Shown: positions 8,521 to 18,573 of the stretch, piece by piece
Layout: every line of letters starts with the position of its first letter
How positions within the stretch are numbered: the stretch's first letter is position 1
Source: an uncultured Pseudomonadota bacterium
GTDB taxonomy: Bacteria > Pseudomonadota > Gammaproteobacteria > Steroidobacterales > Steroidobacteraceae
DNA length: 64,000 nt
Reading direction: 5' to 3'
Assembly: GCA_963824395.1 (NCBI GenBank)
Contig: CAWGPF010000004.1
Location: forward strand, 220,872 to 284,871
The notes under the pieces: model-generated
The model's database searches: none
What the model was told of the DNA's origin: nothing
What the model saw: the letters and a program-made list of their open reading frames with translations, nothing else
Program-made: the position numbers and the translations under genes

Positions 8521-10644
8521 ATGACTTCATATGGTCGCAGTAGCTTGGTGCTGCTCGGAATGCTCAGCGGGTTGAGTCTCGGGTCGGGGGCAAAGGCCGA
8601 CGAGCCGATGCTGCAGGAGGTCACCGTCACGGCGCAGAAGCGGCAGGAAAATCTTCAGGACACGCCCATATCGATCGTTGCAATAGGTGCCGACGAGCTC
8701 CAGCAACGGGCAATCAACAACGTCAGCGATCTATCCAATTACGTTCCCGACCTTCATATCATGCCCTTCGGCAGCGCATCGACTACGCTGGAGGTATTCA
8801 TCCGCGGGATGGGTCAGGTCGACAGCCAGGTCACGGAAGATCCGCCGGTAGGGGTCTATCTCAACGGGGTGTACGTCGCACGGCCCGTGGGCTTGGCGAC
8901 GGATATGGCCGATATCGAGCGGATCGAGGTACTGCGGGGACCGCAGGGCACCCTCTATGGGCGAAACACGACGGGCGGCGCGATCAATATCGTCACCTCA
9001 AGCCCGCAGGACCAGCTTGGCGGTTCGGAGCTCGTGAGCTTCGGTAACTTCGGTGCGGTCCGTTCGCAGAGCATGATTAACTTGCCCGTCACCGACACCT
9101 TCGCTGTAAGGGCGTCTCTGGACTGGAGCAAGCGCAACGGCTGGGTAACGAACTACGGGGTAGGCGATGACTGGTCATCGTACGATCAGCTTAACGGACG
9201 TCTCGACATGCGGTGGCGCCCGACTGAGGCGGTTACAGTCGACTACTCATACGATCGTGGCAAGAACGTCTATACCAGTGATCTCTATCAGCTGACGATC
9301 CCGAGTCCGGGGTTCTCATTTCTGCCGGCGCAGCCCACACGCCTGGGCAGTACGACCCTGGCGGCGCCCTACCAGCCGAGCAATGATCTGATATGGGGGC
9401 ACACACTCACGGTGTCGGTCGCGACCCCCATCGGTGAGTTCAAATCGATCAGCGCCTACCGCAGCACCTATTCGGACGAATACCAGGACTTCTCGGCCAA
9501 TACGACGATCACGATCTACCGGAATGACCCGATCGTCGTTGATCAGCATCAGATCTCGCAGGAATTTCAGTTAGTCGGCACTTCCGCCGCCAAGACGTTC
9601 GATTACATCGCGGGCGCCTATTATTTCACTGAGAAGGCCGGATCCGACGATACTGACAAGATCGATCTGTACGACGTCGAGACCGTCAACAACGTAACGG
9701 CTATTAACACGACCTACGCGGCTTACGGACAGCTCACCTGGCATCCGAGTGCGGCCTCGCCATGGTCACTCACCGCAGGCGCCAGGTATACCAAGGACGA
9801 ACGGCGGGCCGAGAATTTCACGACGCCCCCGGGGTCCACCTCGTACAACAATTTCTCGCCGTCGGGAATACTCGGTTACCGGGTGTCCGACGAGGTAAAT
9901 CTGTACGCCAAGGCAACCCAGGGCTATAAGGCGGGCGGTTTCAACTGGCGCGAGGGAAATTTTGACAATCCGTTCGGGCCCGAAAAGATCACCACCTATG
10001 AACTCGGAGCAAAGACCGAATTGCTGCAGCATCGCCTTCGCTGGAACACGGCGGTGTTTTACTCCGACTACCGCGACATCCAGCTCGACATTCTGGTGCC
10101 CAATCAGCCGGACCCGACGCTCACGGAAACCAAGAACGCCGGAAAGGCCAAGGTGGCCGGCGTCGAGAGCGATTTGAACTTCGCCTTAACTGAGGCGCTG
10201 CGATTCCAGCTGGGCTACGCCTACCTCTACAACGACATCACCCAGGTCGCAGGCGACGACCCTTCGCTGTATCACCTGCCAGCTGCTCCCAAGAACTCCG
10301 TCAATGCCGGCATCAGCTGGGACATCGCCAAGCTCCCGTTCGGTACTCTGAATGCGAAAGCCGACTATTCGTGGCGTAGCGAATCGTTCACGCAGGCCCG
10401 ATACGTTATCGACGGCGGGTCCACCATTCCATCCTATTCCATCGGCAACGCTTATCTCTCGCTGGACGGGGAGAACTGGCTGGGAAGGGGCAGCCATTGT
10501 CACGTTTCGCTCTACGTACGCAACCTTGCGGATGCGCAGTATCTTGCGGACCCGTTCGGCAGCTTCTCGGGCCTGCATGCGACCAAGATGACGAACTACG
10601 GCACTCCGCGCACTTTCGGCGTCGACCTCGGGGTGAAGTTCTAG
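8521..10644 (+). CDS. TonB-dependent receptor
   Basis: Signal peptide MTSYGRSSLVLLGMLSGLSLGSGAKA. Plug motifs QEVTVTAQKRQENLQDTPISIVAI and IERIEVLRGPQGTLYGRNTTGGAINIV. C-terminal beta-barrel ends ...FGVDLGVKF. Confidence 0.9.
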   Translation: MTSYGRSSLVLLGMLSGLSLGSGAKADEPMLQEVTVTAQKRQENLQDTPISIVAIGADELQQRAINNVSDLSNYVPDLHIMPFGSASTTLEVFIRGMGQVDSQVTEDPPVGVYLNGVYVARPVGLATDMADIERIEVLRGPQGTLYGRNTTGGAINIVTSSPQDQLGGSELVSFGNFGAVRSQSMINLPVTDTFAVRASLDWSKRNGWVTNYGVGDDWSSYDQLNGRLDMRWRPTEAVTVDYSYDRGKNVYTSDLYQLTIPSPGFSFLPAQPTRLGSTTLAAPYQPSNDLIWGHTLTVSVATPIGEFKSISAYRSTYSDEYQDFSANTTITIYRNDPIVVDQHQISQEFQLVGTSAAKTFDYIAGAYYFTEKAGSDDTDKIDLYDVETVNNVTAINTTYAAYGQLTWHPSAASPWSLTAGARYTKDERRAENFTTPPGSTSYNNFSPSGILGYRVSDEVNLYAKATQGYKAGGFNWREGNFDNPFGPEKITTYELGAKTELLQHRLRWNTAVFYSDYRDIQLDILVPNQPDPTLTETKNAGKAKVAGVESDLNFALTEALRFQLGYAYLYNDITQVAGDDPSLYHLPAAPKNSVNAGISWDIAKLPFGTLNAKADYSWRSESFTQARYVIDGGSTIPSYSIGNAYLSLDGENWLGRGSHCHVSLYVRNLADAQYLADPFGSFSGLHATKMTNYGTPRTFGVDLGVKF

Positions 10645-10694
10645 CTTGCGCAGGACAACGTGCCCGATTCATGCCCAGCGTGCGCACCGCCGGG

Positions 10695-11480
10695 TCAGCA
10701 GCTCTCCAGGTAGTGGTCGCGGAGGTCTTTGATTGCGCTCTGTGTGAGCCTGATGCGGGAGGCCAGGTACTGCTGCAGCGAACCGTAACGCCGGTCGAGG
10801 CTACTCAACATGCCTTCCAGGTAAGCAGGCTCTGCGGCCACGAGCGGGGCACGCAGCTCAGGTGATAACGTGGCCAGGAACGCCCAGGAATGGTCGCGCC
10901 GGGCGACTGCGTTCGCGCTCAGCGCCCGTGGATCCACCAGGCTTTCCGATAAGGCGTAGTCCTCAATGACGGTTTGTGCGGGAACACCGAGTGCACGCAG
11001 CACAATGGCAGTGGCTACGCCGGTTCGATCCTTGCCGGCGGTACAGTGCACTACTAGTGGCACGGCCTTCGTGTGCAGGAGTGCGAAGATTGCCTGGAGT
11101 CGCTCGGAGAATTCCTCTGGTGCAGTCAGATAGAACTCAAGTATGGCGCCCCGCACCCGTTCAGGGGTGGGTGTTCCGACGCGGAAGGCACCCATTACAG
11201 CACCCTGGTCGAGCTCATAGTCCCAGGCCATGGTGCGCGCTGCCTTCGGTTTCCAGCGGGTGGGTTCAGAGTTGCGCTCTGCCGTGGTGCGCAGATCACA
11301 AATGCTGCGAATTTCAAGCGACTCCAACAAGTCGCAGTCAGACGCCGTCAGATGCGTCAATGTGCCGGAGCGGAATATCTGTCCGCAGCGCACCCGGCGA
11401 CCGTCCTCGGTGCGATAGCCGCCTACGTCGCGAAAATTGGCTGCACCCTCAAGCACCACCTGCCGCGGTCTTGCCGTCAT
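10695..11480 (-). CDS. tyrosine-phosphatase-like protein (Y_phosphatase3-like, CX5R)
   Basis: P-loop HCTAGKDRTG (CX5R-T). N-terminal NFRDVGGY is typical of this family. Confidence 0.85.
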   Translation of the reverse strand: MTARPRQVVLEGAANFRDVGGYRTEDGRRVRCGQIFRSGTLTHLTASDCDLLESLEIRSICDLRTTAERNSEPTRWKPKAARTMAWDYELDQGAVMGAFRVGTPTPERVRGAILEFYLTAPEEFSERLQAIFALLHTKAVPLVVHCTAGKDRTGVATAIVLRALGVPAQTVIEDYALSESLVDPRALSANAVARRDHSWAFLATLSPELRAPLVAAEPAYLEGMLSSLDRRYGSLQQYLASRIRLTQSAIKDLRDHYLESC

Positions 11481-11517
11481 ATCGGTTCGAGGTCCAGCGG
11501 AGCGTATCCGGGGGCGC

Positions 11518-11994
11518 TCACGGCGCCGTGAGTTGCGGGGTGAATTCCATTGCCAGGTGTGCGCTCAGATCGCCGACGAGCTCGAAGTTCTTGAATTCCT
11601 CACGCCGCTCCGCAAAGCGCCAGGTGCCATCGACTTTTTCGAACCGGTCTTCATAGGTGCCAGCGATCACCGGTTGGAGGCGGAACGTCGGCGTTGCCTG
11701 CACGACAAGCACATAGCAGCGCGCCGTGGCGGCGCGGTCGCCATCGGGCTCGAGCAGTAGGTTAGTGGTGATGTGCCGCGTCCGGAGAGTTCCGGTATCC
11801 GCGTAGACCCGATTCCAACGGCGGAAGAGGTCGGCCACGCCCGCAGGGTCCTGGCGAAAGGTGCCGGCGTCGCCTGGCATGTAGACGTCGGCATGGGCGA
11901 ACAGCTGGCCGACGGCATCAAAATCGGCGTGATCCATCAGGTATGCATAGCGATGTAGCAGGTTCTGAATCTGCAGATAATCGGAGAATTCCAT
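11518..11994 (-). CDS. NTF2/SnoaL-like small protein
   Basis: ATG 11994 is preceded by aggtga. MEFSDYLQIQNLLHRYAYLMDHADFDAVGQLFAHADV. The track ORF is over-extended to 12147, into the upstream gene. Confidence 0.75.
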   Translation of the reverse strand: MEFSDYLQIQNLLHRYAYLMDHADFDAVGQLFAHADVYMPGDAGTFRQDPAGVADLFRRWNRVYADTGTLRTRHITTNLLLEPDGDRAATARCYVLVVQATPTFRLQPVIAGTYEDRFEKVDGTWRFAERREEFKNFELVGDLSAHLAMEFTPQLTAP

Positions 11995-12010
11995 GGCTTC
12001 ACCTATGTGC

Positions 12011-13360
12011 TTAATCGAGAGGCGCCCATTGGCGATCGGGATAGAGCTGCGTGACCGGAGAATACAGCCACTCCAGCCGGTAAGCCCTGCGGCCCAGAAA
12101 TTGTATGAGGCGCTGGTCATCCAGGCGGTGCGCACGGATCGCGGCATCGAGTACCCTGTTTCCGGATGTCACGTCGTTGAAATTGGCGCCCAGCAGAGCG
12201 CTCAGCTCCGCAAGATCGGCGCGCTCGATCTCTGCGCGCAGTCGCGCTGCGCGGTCCATGCATTTGAGTAGAATTGTGACGTCGGCGGCGCGCGAGCTGG
12301 CGAAGCTCGTCGTCAGCGCCGGCCGGACATCATGCTCGTTGGCCCACTCCGCGGCGGCGGCCAGCGGGTCGGCGATACCAGAATCCGGAGGCAGCTCGGG
12401 CCTGTCGATGGTGAAGCCGAGAAAGTCCGCCATGGCTTCCAGCGTCGAGCGATCGCCGATGTAGCGATAGGCAAGGTACCAGGCCAGAGGCTCGCGGGGC
12501 TCAGCAATGACGGTTCGCTCGGCAATGGGAATCATGCCACGCATGTTTTGCTGCACGCGGTAGTAACGGACCGCTTGCAGATCGACCTCAAGCCCAGAGC
12601 GCTGCTGGTACCGCTGCATTAGGCCAGAAAGACCACCGGAAGGATTCCAAAATTCACGCACACAGATGTTACCGAGATCCTCCATGGGATCTCCGAGGTG
12701 TCCCCATTCCCAGTCGATGACAGAGGTAACGTGCTGACCTTCGAAGAGAAAATTCATCGGACCAGTGTCTCCCTGGACCAGGGAGACACGCGGAACGCGC
12801 TGGGGCACATATCGCTCCAGCCAGTCGATTCCGTAAGTGATCAGGGGATCGTGATACGTCGAGAGGAAACCCTGCCAGCGACTCACGACGCGATCCATTT
12901 CGCCGAGTGCGCAGTCGCGTACGTTAGCAGGGCGGGGGAATTCGGCGGCGGGGAGTGCTTCGATGTCGACCGTGTGCAAGGCAGCAATGATGTCGAAGAA
13001 ATGTTCCATGACAGGGCGCTGCTGATCAGCCGGCGCGTTCTGCAGATCCGCTCGACCGCGTACTCGCTCAAACAGCGTGCATGCGAGGGATGCGCTCTGA
13101 GCGAGGACCCGGGGAACCGGCACCGGGGTATGCTGGAGTATCTCGACGAGGCGCGTTTCGCGCGCCAGGGACCAGGGATTGTCTGGGATCGGGGTGCGCT
13201 CGAGCCGCAGGAACCCCTCCACAGTGGAGCCCTTGGAATCCTGAACATCCACGACCCATGCCTCGCGGCGCGCTGTGTGCCGTTCCAACCGCGTGATCCG
13301 GCCTTCGCAGACGCTGCTCAGCCACTCGGGAATGCCGGCAGGAAGATCAGGATTGACCAT
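12011..13360 (-). CDS. phosphotransferase family protein (APH-like), paralogue of 3633..5015
   Basis: LVQGDTGPMNFLF and IDWEWGHLGDPMEDL motifs. ATG 13360 has gaggga upstream (alternatives 13372 and 13396). It is the first gene of an operon with 11994 and 11480. Confidence 0.85.
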   Translation of the reverse strand: MVNPDLPAGIPEWLSSVCEGRITRLERHTARREAWVVDVQDSKGSTVEGFLRLERTPIPDNPWSLARETRLVEILQHTPVPVPRVLAQSASLACTLFERVRGRADLQNAPADQQRPVMEHFFDIIAALHTVDIEALPAAEFPRPANVRDCALGEMDRVVSRWQGFLSTYHDPLITYGIDWLERYVPQRVPRVSLVQGDTGPMNFLFEGQHVTSVIDWEWGHLGDPMEDLGNICVREFWNPSGGLSGLMQRYQQRSGLEVDLQAVRYYRVQQNMRGMIPIAERTVIAEPREPLAWYLAYRYIGDRSTLEAMADFLGFTIDRPELPPDSGIADPLAAAAEWANEHDVRPALTTSFASSRAADVTILLKCMDRAARLRAEIERADLAELSALLGANFNDVTSGNRVLDAAIRAHRLDDQRLIQFLGRRAYRLEWLYSPVTQLYPDRQWAPLD

Positions 13361-13602
13361 GAGATCCCTCATTTGATGTACCGCGCCCCGGGCCAATGCT
13401 GCTCATGTCGACTGAGGACGTCGGAGACCGCAGGGCTCCGGCGAGAAACCGCCCGGGGGAAACGAACAGCGAGTGGCTGTTACTATTATAGGATGAAGAG
13501 GCTGCCGTCGCGGCAACTTGGAGTGAGTGCCGCCTGCCTTCAGCCCATGCCGGATCAAGGCATCCGGCGCACTCAACTGGGCCTTGCGAGGATGGCCGGG
13601 CC

Positions 13603-14781
13603 GTGAATCCGACGCCACACCTCGATGACTCAGACCTATACCGGCACGGTATCCCGCACGCCGTCTACGACAGTGTGCGCGCCGATTCGGGTGTTTACTT
13701 CAGCCCGGGAATGACCCCGTTTTTCGCGGTTCTGTCACACGCTGAGTCTGCAATCGTCCTGCAGGACACGACCAGATACTCATCGGCACTGCAGGGAATC
13801 CTCATCGAGGACGTATCCGCAGAGATGCGTCCAGTCATACGTGCGATGTTGCCATTCACTGATCCCCCCGCGCACACGGACCTGCGACGCAAACTGTTTC
13901 CTCCGTTGCTAGCAAACCAGCTCAGCGGACTCAAGGCGCAGCTGGAAGCCACTTGCGTCCGCCTCGTGGACTATGCGGTTAAGGCGCGGGACGTGGACTT
14001 CGTCCGGCGCCTTGCGGCTGAGGTACCCCTTGCCGCGTTCGGGTTGCTCACGGGTATCGAACGGGGCGAGCTTGAGCCTCTGCGCGCCCCGAGCGACGCG
14101 GTGATAGAGAACGGCATGAATGATAGCGGCGAGGCGATTGCGGCGCTCTGCCGCTGCCTCGATCAGCTGGTAGCGAATCGGTTGCACGAGCCCCGTGATG
14201 ACTACATGACGCGGCTCGCTCAGGTTGACTTTGCTGATCAGCCCATGAGTCGCCTCGAACGCAACGGCATGTTGCTGCAAATTGTTATCGGGGGCTTGGA
14301 GACGACGCGTAATGCGATGTCAGGGCTTCTGGTGGCGCTGAGCGAGAACCCAGCGGAATGGGAATCGCTTCGCGCTGGCCGTGAACTGCTTCCCAACGCT
14401 GTCGAGGAGTCGCTGCGGTACGTGACGCCCGTGAACTACGTGCGTCGCACCACAACTGAAGAAACCCGGCTTGGCGACAAGACGCTGGCGGCTGGGTCCC
14501 GCGTTGTGGTTTTTCTCAGTGCCGCGAACCGGGATCCTGCTCGGTTTGCTCGGCCGCATACTTTGAACGTCCGGCGCACCAACGCGCGCCAGCATCTGGC
14601 CCTTGGTGCCGGGACGCACTTCTGCATGGGAGCCGCATTGGCGAGGATGCAGCTGACCGCGTTCTGGGATGCGTTCACAGCCAGAGTGTCGAGTTTCGAG
14701 TTACCATTGGGGTGCGAACGGGGAGGGCTCGTTCAGCAAAACCTCATCCGGACGCTACCGGTTCGATTGCATGCAGCGTAG
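13603..14781 (+). CDS. cytochrome P450
   Basis: Heme-binding loop LALGAGTHFCMGAALARMQ, an ExxR-like EESLRY, and ~392 aa length. Confidence 0.9.
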   Translation: MNPTPHLDDSDLYRHGIPHAVYDSVRADSGVYFSPGMTPFFAVLSHAESAIVLQDTTRYSSALQGILIEDVSAEMRPVIRAMLPFTDPPAHTDLRRKLFPPLLANQLSGLKAQLEATCVRLVDYAVKARDVDFVRRLAAEVPLAAFGLLTGIERGELEPLRAPSDAVIENGMNDSGEAIAALCRCLDQLVANRLHEPRDDYMTRLAQVDFADQPMSRLERNGMLLQIVIGGLETTRNAMSGLLVALSENPAEWESLRAGRELLPNAVEESLRYVTPVNYVRRTTTEETRLGDKTLAAGSRVVVFLSAANRDPARFARPHTLNVRRTNARQHLALGAGTHFCMGAALARMQLTAFWDAFTARVSSFELPLGCERGGLVQQNLIRTLPVRLHAA

Positions 14782-14815
14782 GGGGACTCATCGAGAATCC
14801 TAGTCCGAGTGGGGG

Positions 14816-16888
14816 ATGAGCGGGTGCGCCCGCCGCGATCATCCTGACAGCGCTATGCAAGTGCGAACTGTCTGTCGCTGCTGCAGCGCTGCCTGCGCCA
14901 TCGTGGTGACCGCGGAGGGCGGTCGCATCGTCGACGTCAAAGGCGATGACGACAACCCGCGAACGCGGGGCTATATCTGCCCAAAAGGGCACTCACTCGG
15001 TTACTTCCACCACAGACCGGACCGTTTGGATTTTCCGGCTGTTCGTGGCGGCCGAAGTGACTGGGCCGCATCGCTCGATGATCTCGCCGCCAGCCTTCGA
15101 ACGCTCATCGCACGACACGGGCCCGATTGCGTCGGGGTATACCAGGGCACCGGTGCCGTGAGCGACACGATCGGTCTGCCACTGATCGAGCGCTTCATTC
15201 GCAAGATAGGTTCCAGTCAGTTCTACACCGCCGCGACCGTGGACGTCGCACCGGCATTTCGGGCCGCCGATATGGTCTGTGGCAGCTGGTATCTGTTCCC
15301 GGTATGGATACCCGAAGATGAGGAGAATCGCCTTGCGGTTTACCTCGGATCCAACCCGGCGGTATCGAATGGCTACCTCACGATGTTGCCGGATCCGCAG
15401 CGCCGCATTCGGGCGTTCCGCCGGCGCGGCGGGAAGCTGTGGGTAGTGGATCCCAAGAGGAGCCAGACGGCGGGGCTGGCGGATCACCATCTTGCGATAC
15501 GGCCGGGTGCGGACGCGGTGCTTCTGGCGTATTTGATTCGCGAACTGCTAATCGCCGGCGCAGACCACGATGACTACATGCGTATGACCGACGCTGGCGA
15601 CCGGGCGCAGTTAGCGCAGGCTGTAGAGCCCTTCACGCTGGATCGGACCAAGGCGGCGACCGACCTGAGCGCGGACTCACTGCTGGAACTCCTGGCGGCA
15701 ATCCGCTCCGCGGGGCGCGTTGCGGTCATATCCGGCACAGGCGTGACGTTTGGGGAGCATGCCTTGCTCACCGAGTGGCTGCGTTGGGTGTTGCTGATTC
15801 TGACGGGATCGCTCGATCGCCGCGGCGGCATGTGGTTCAACCCGGGCTGGACCCATCCGTTAGAGAAGCAGGCGCAGTGGACGCATTCGCCACCACACGG
15901 CCTTACAGGCCCTGGGCCAAAGGCTCGGCCTGAGTTGCCCAGCGTGTTCGGTCAACGACCGGCAATTGCCATTGTCGATGAAATTGAAGCGGGGAACCTG
16001 AAGGCTCTGCTGGTTTGTGGTTCAAATCCACTTACCGCATTTCCAGACCCGGAGCGCACGCGAGCGGCTCTGGCTTCGCTGGATGCGCTTGTAGCCGTCG
16101 ATGTCGTAGAGACCCCGCTGACGGCTATTGCGTCGCACGTATTTCCGTCGGTCGGCCAGATGGAGCGCGCCGATATCGTTGCTGAGGCAAGCACGAGCTA
16201 CGCGCCGTCCGTTGTCCCGCCCGTGGCGGAGCGTCGTCCGATGTGGTGGATGTTGCACGAGCTGGGCCGCAGGTTAGGCGTTGATGTACTTGAGGGCCTA
16301 CAGCCTGAGTCCTGCTCGGACGAGCAGGTGATCCGGCAACTGACGGCGCACAGTCGCGATGGCAGCGAGGCCCTGATTGCCGCGGGGAGTGTCGGCCTGA
16401 TGCCGCCACGGCTCTATGGGTGGGTTCGCGAGAAGGCGCTACCGGGCGGCCGTTGGCGTCTGACGCCGCCGGATATGATCCAGCGGCTGCGCGATCTTGC
16501 GGGATCCCTAAACGGCATGGCAGCCGGTCTACCGGTGGATACGCTGCTCTTGATCAGCGGACGGCAGCTGAGCAGAACCAATTCGACAGCCTATGTGCCG
16601 GGCGATGTCTCGCGTGATCTGCCGTGGGTATGCGTAAACCCAGACGATGCAGCTCGCCGGGGATTGCAGAACGGCGACTGCGCACAGGTCCTGAGCGAAT
16701 TCGGCAGACTCGATGCGGATGTGCAGCTCGATGCACGGCTGCGTCGTGGCGTGGTCGCTATTTCACATGGATGGCACGAAACGAACGTCTGTCGGCTGAC
16801 GTCCTCGCGACAAGGAGTCGATCTGCTGACGGCGCAACCACAGATGACGGCACTGCGCGTCTCGATAAACAAGAAGCAGGATTCTTAA
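14816..16888 (+). CDS. molybdopterin (bis-MGD) oxidoreductase, cytoplasmic, with an N-terminal 4Fe-4S motif
   Basis: CRCCSAAC-x27-C(PKG) fits C-x2-C-x3-C-x27-C. No twin-arginine signal. Length and C-terminal barrel-like region fit the DMSO reductase superfamily. ATG 14855 is an alternative start. Confidence 0.85.
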   Translation: MSGCARRDHPDSAMQVRTVCRCCSAACAIVVTAEGGRIVDVKGDDDNPRTRGYICPKGHSLGYFHHRPDRLDFPAVRGGRSDWAASLDDLAASLRTLIARHGPDCVGVYQGTGAVSDTIGLPLIERFIRKIGSSQFYTAATVDVAPAFRAADMVCGSWYLFPVWIPEDEENRLAVYLGSNPAVSNGYLTMLPDPQRRIRAFRRRGGKLWVVDPKRSQTAGLADHHLAIRPGADAVLLAYLIRELLIAGADHDDYMRMTDAGDRAQLAQAVEPFTLDRTKAATDLSADSLLELLAAIRSAGRVAVISGTGVTFGEHALLTEWLRWVLLILTGSLDRRGGMWFNPGWTHPLEKQAQWTHSPPHGLTGPGPKARPELPSVFGQRPAIAIVDEIEAGNLKALLVCGSNPLTAFPDPERTRAALASLDALVAVDVVETPLTAIASHVFPSVGQMERADIVAEASTSYAPSVVPPVAERRPMWWMLHELGRRLGVDVLEGLQPESCSDEQVIRQLTAHSRDGSEALIAAGSVGLMPPRLYGWVREKALPGGRWRLTPPDMIQRLRDLAGSLNGMAAGLPVDTLLLISGRQLSRTNSTAYVPGDVSRDLPWVCVNPDDAARRGLQNGDCAQVLSEFGRLDADVQLDARLRRGVVAISHGWHETNVCRLTSSRQGVDLLTAQPQMTALRVSINKKQDS

Positions 16889-16993
16889 GCGACTCCCGCA
16901 GCGGGAAGTCGCGCTTCGACAGGCAGCTACCGCGGTTCTGCCGCTTAGGCAGACGGCTGCCGGGAACGGAAGCGCTGCCCGGCAGCGGCCAAA

Positions 16994-17782
16994 CTACCTG
17001 GACTGCTGGATGCTGCGGCCATTTCGGGGCTGAATCGGGCGGTTGTCCGCCGGGTAGAGCTTGGCGAATGTCGCGATCTGCTCCGCCGAGACGGTAGGGT
17101 GGTCCTTCAATACATACCACGTGACGCCCTCGGTGCAGGGGGGCGTGGTCAGTGACCCTGGATAAGTGAAGTAGCCCAGCTTGGCAGGCAGCATCGCAGG
17201 TATCTGCAGCGAGACCGCCGGTACATCGCGTGCCTTGTTCTTTTCCGCCGGGATGTTGTTCCACAGTGAGGCAATCAATGGGTTGGCTGCCCCTTGACTG
17301 AACAGGACGGCAACGACGGCCAGATGCCCGTCAGCGCTCTGATGCACGAGGTGGGCAACCAGAGGGAAGTTCTTCCCATTCACGTGCTCTTCGCTCGGAT
17401 GATGAAAGTGAAACTGCGTCAGGGTGAAGGTCTTGTCGCCGACCGTAAGGGTACTTCCGGGTTTGACGGTGATCTGAATTGAGTGCCCGTTATCAATAAT
17501 GTTCAGGGGTGTCGCGACGTAGTTGAACGCGAGCGGCGGCAGATCGGCCGGCCTGGCATGCACGATATTGATGGGCGACTGCGTATGGCCCTGTGAGCAG
17601 GTGGCGTACCCGGGGTCGAGATTGCCCCAGTGGCTCGGACTTTCTGCTCCGGAGTATGTCCAGTGGCTGGGGGCCGGCTCATCCGCCGCGCACTCGGTGG
17701 GTAGCGCCATGAAACACATCCCCGAGGATGCCGAGACCAGGAGGCAGGCCAGGGCTCGGGAAAGACGAGCGTTCATATCCAT
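16994..17782 (-). CDS. alpha-class carbonic anhydrase, periplasmic
   Basis: Signal peptide MDMNARLSRALACLLVSASSG. Motifs HWGNL, QSPINI, QFHFHHPSEEHVNGK and GSLTTPPCTEGVTW. The track ORF is over-extended to 17860. Confidence 0.9.
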   Translation of the reverse strand: MDMNARLSRALACLLVSASSGMCFMALPTECAADEPAPSHWTYSGAESPSHWGNLDPGYATCSQGHTQSPINIVHARPADLPPLAFNYVATPLNIIDNGHSIQITVKPGSTLTVGDKTFTLTQFHFHHPSEEHVNGKNFPLVAHLVHQSADGHLAVVAVLFSQGAANPLIASLWNNIPAEKNKARDVPAVSLQIPAMLPAKLGYFTYPGSLTTPPCTEGVTWYVLKDHPTVSAEQIATFAKLYPADNRPIQPRNGRSIQQSR

Positions 17783-17907
17783 TGCAGTATTTCTTTCATA
17801 TTGATGCGTGAAGATCATGACAGGCCGGCTGTCCGTTCTGCGCCCGGCCGATACTGTCAAGCTAGCGCCTCGCGGTGCACCGACCCCGGCAGCATGCGGC
17901 AGCGGGC

Positions 17908-18573
17908 TTATCGCCCATTGCCGGATGTCTGCGGATATCCCACTGATTGCGCAAAAAGCACGTGCTGTTCGAGTCCTAGCCTAAGTCGTATCGCGAGATC
18001 CGTCTTTTCGCAGTTGTGAAACCACGCCGCGAGCCCTACCGCAGCAGCAAAAAGGTAGACATTCCCGGCGATGAGACCGGTGTCTATATAGTAGTACGCC
18101 TTCTGCCACTCCGGATCCTGCAACCTCGGCTCCTGGAAGCCCCGCGAATGCGTGAGCCTGTGGACGTCGGCGACATATATAAGTTGCACGGGAGCCAGCT
18201 CGGCAACGGCTTCCTGACCCGGCGTCATGGCGCCGTGGCGCAGGTCGGCCTGGTCCACGAGCACGAGGGCATGCCGGGGGGCATCGTATAGATAGGCGCC
18301 TTCCTTTAGAGCGACATAAATATCGATTTCCTGCGAATTGCTGGCTGAAGCCGCTGTTCTGCCCACGAGCCCGAATGGCCCGTTGGGACGATTCACGCCG
18401 AATGCCGCCCACAACAGCGTCGACAACAGCTGCATGGACAAGGGGGTGGCACTTATCTCGCGAATGGTTCGTCGTTGCGTTAAGGCGGCAAAGACCGACA
18501 GGCTCGACTCATCAATCGGCGCCGGAAGCGTGATTGTGGACGAGCCGCAAGTGCTGTTCGGCGGTGAAGCCAA
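17908..18573 (-). CDS. nitroreductase-family protein (SagB/ThcOx-like subgroup)
   Basis: RRTIREISATPLSMQLLSTLLWAAFGVNRP...GRTAASASNSQEIDIYVAL matches the pattern of FMN nitroreductase-fold proteins. TTG start. Confidence 0.7.
   Translation of the reverse strand: MASPPNSTCGSSTITLPAPIDESSLSVFAALTQRRTIREISATPLSMQLLSTLLWAAFGVNRPNGPFGLVGRTAASASNSQEIDIYVALKEGAYLYDAPRHALVLVDQADLRHGAMTPGQEAVAELAPVQLIYVADVHRLTHSRGFQEPRLQDPEWQKAYYYIDTGLIAGNVYLFAAAVGLAAWFHNCEKTDLAIRLRLGLEQHVLFAQSVGYPQTSGNGR

Noticed and set aside
14816-16888. Possible selenocysteine (in-frame TGA) in the molybdopterin oxidoreductase, as in FdhH-type enzymes.
   Set aside because: The ORF is uninterrupted from start to stop, so no recoding signal is needed.
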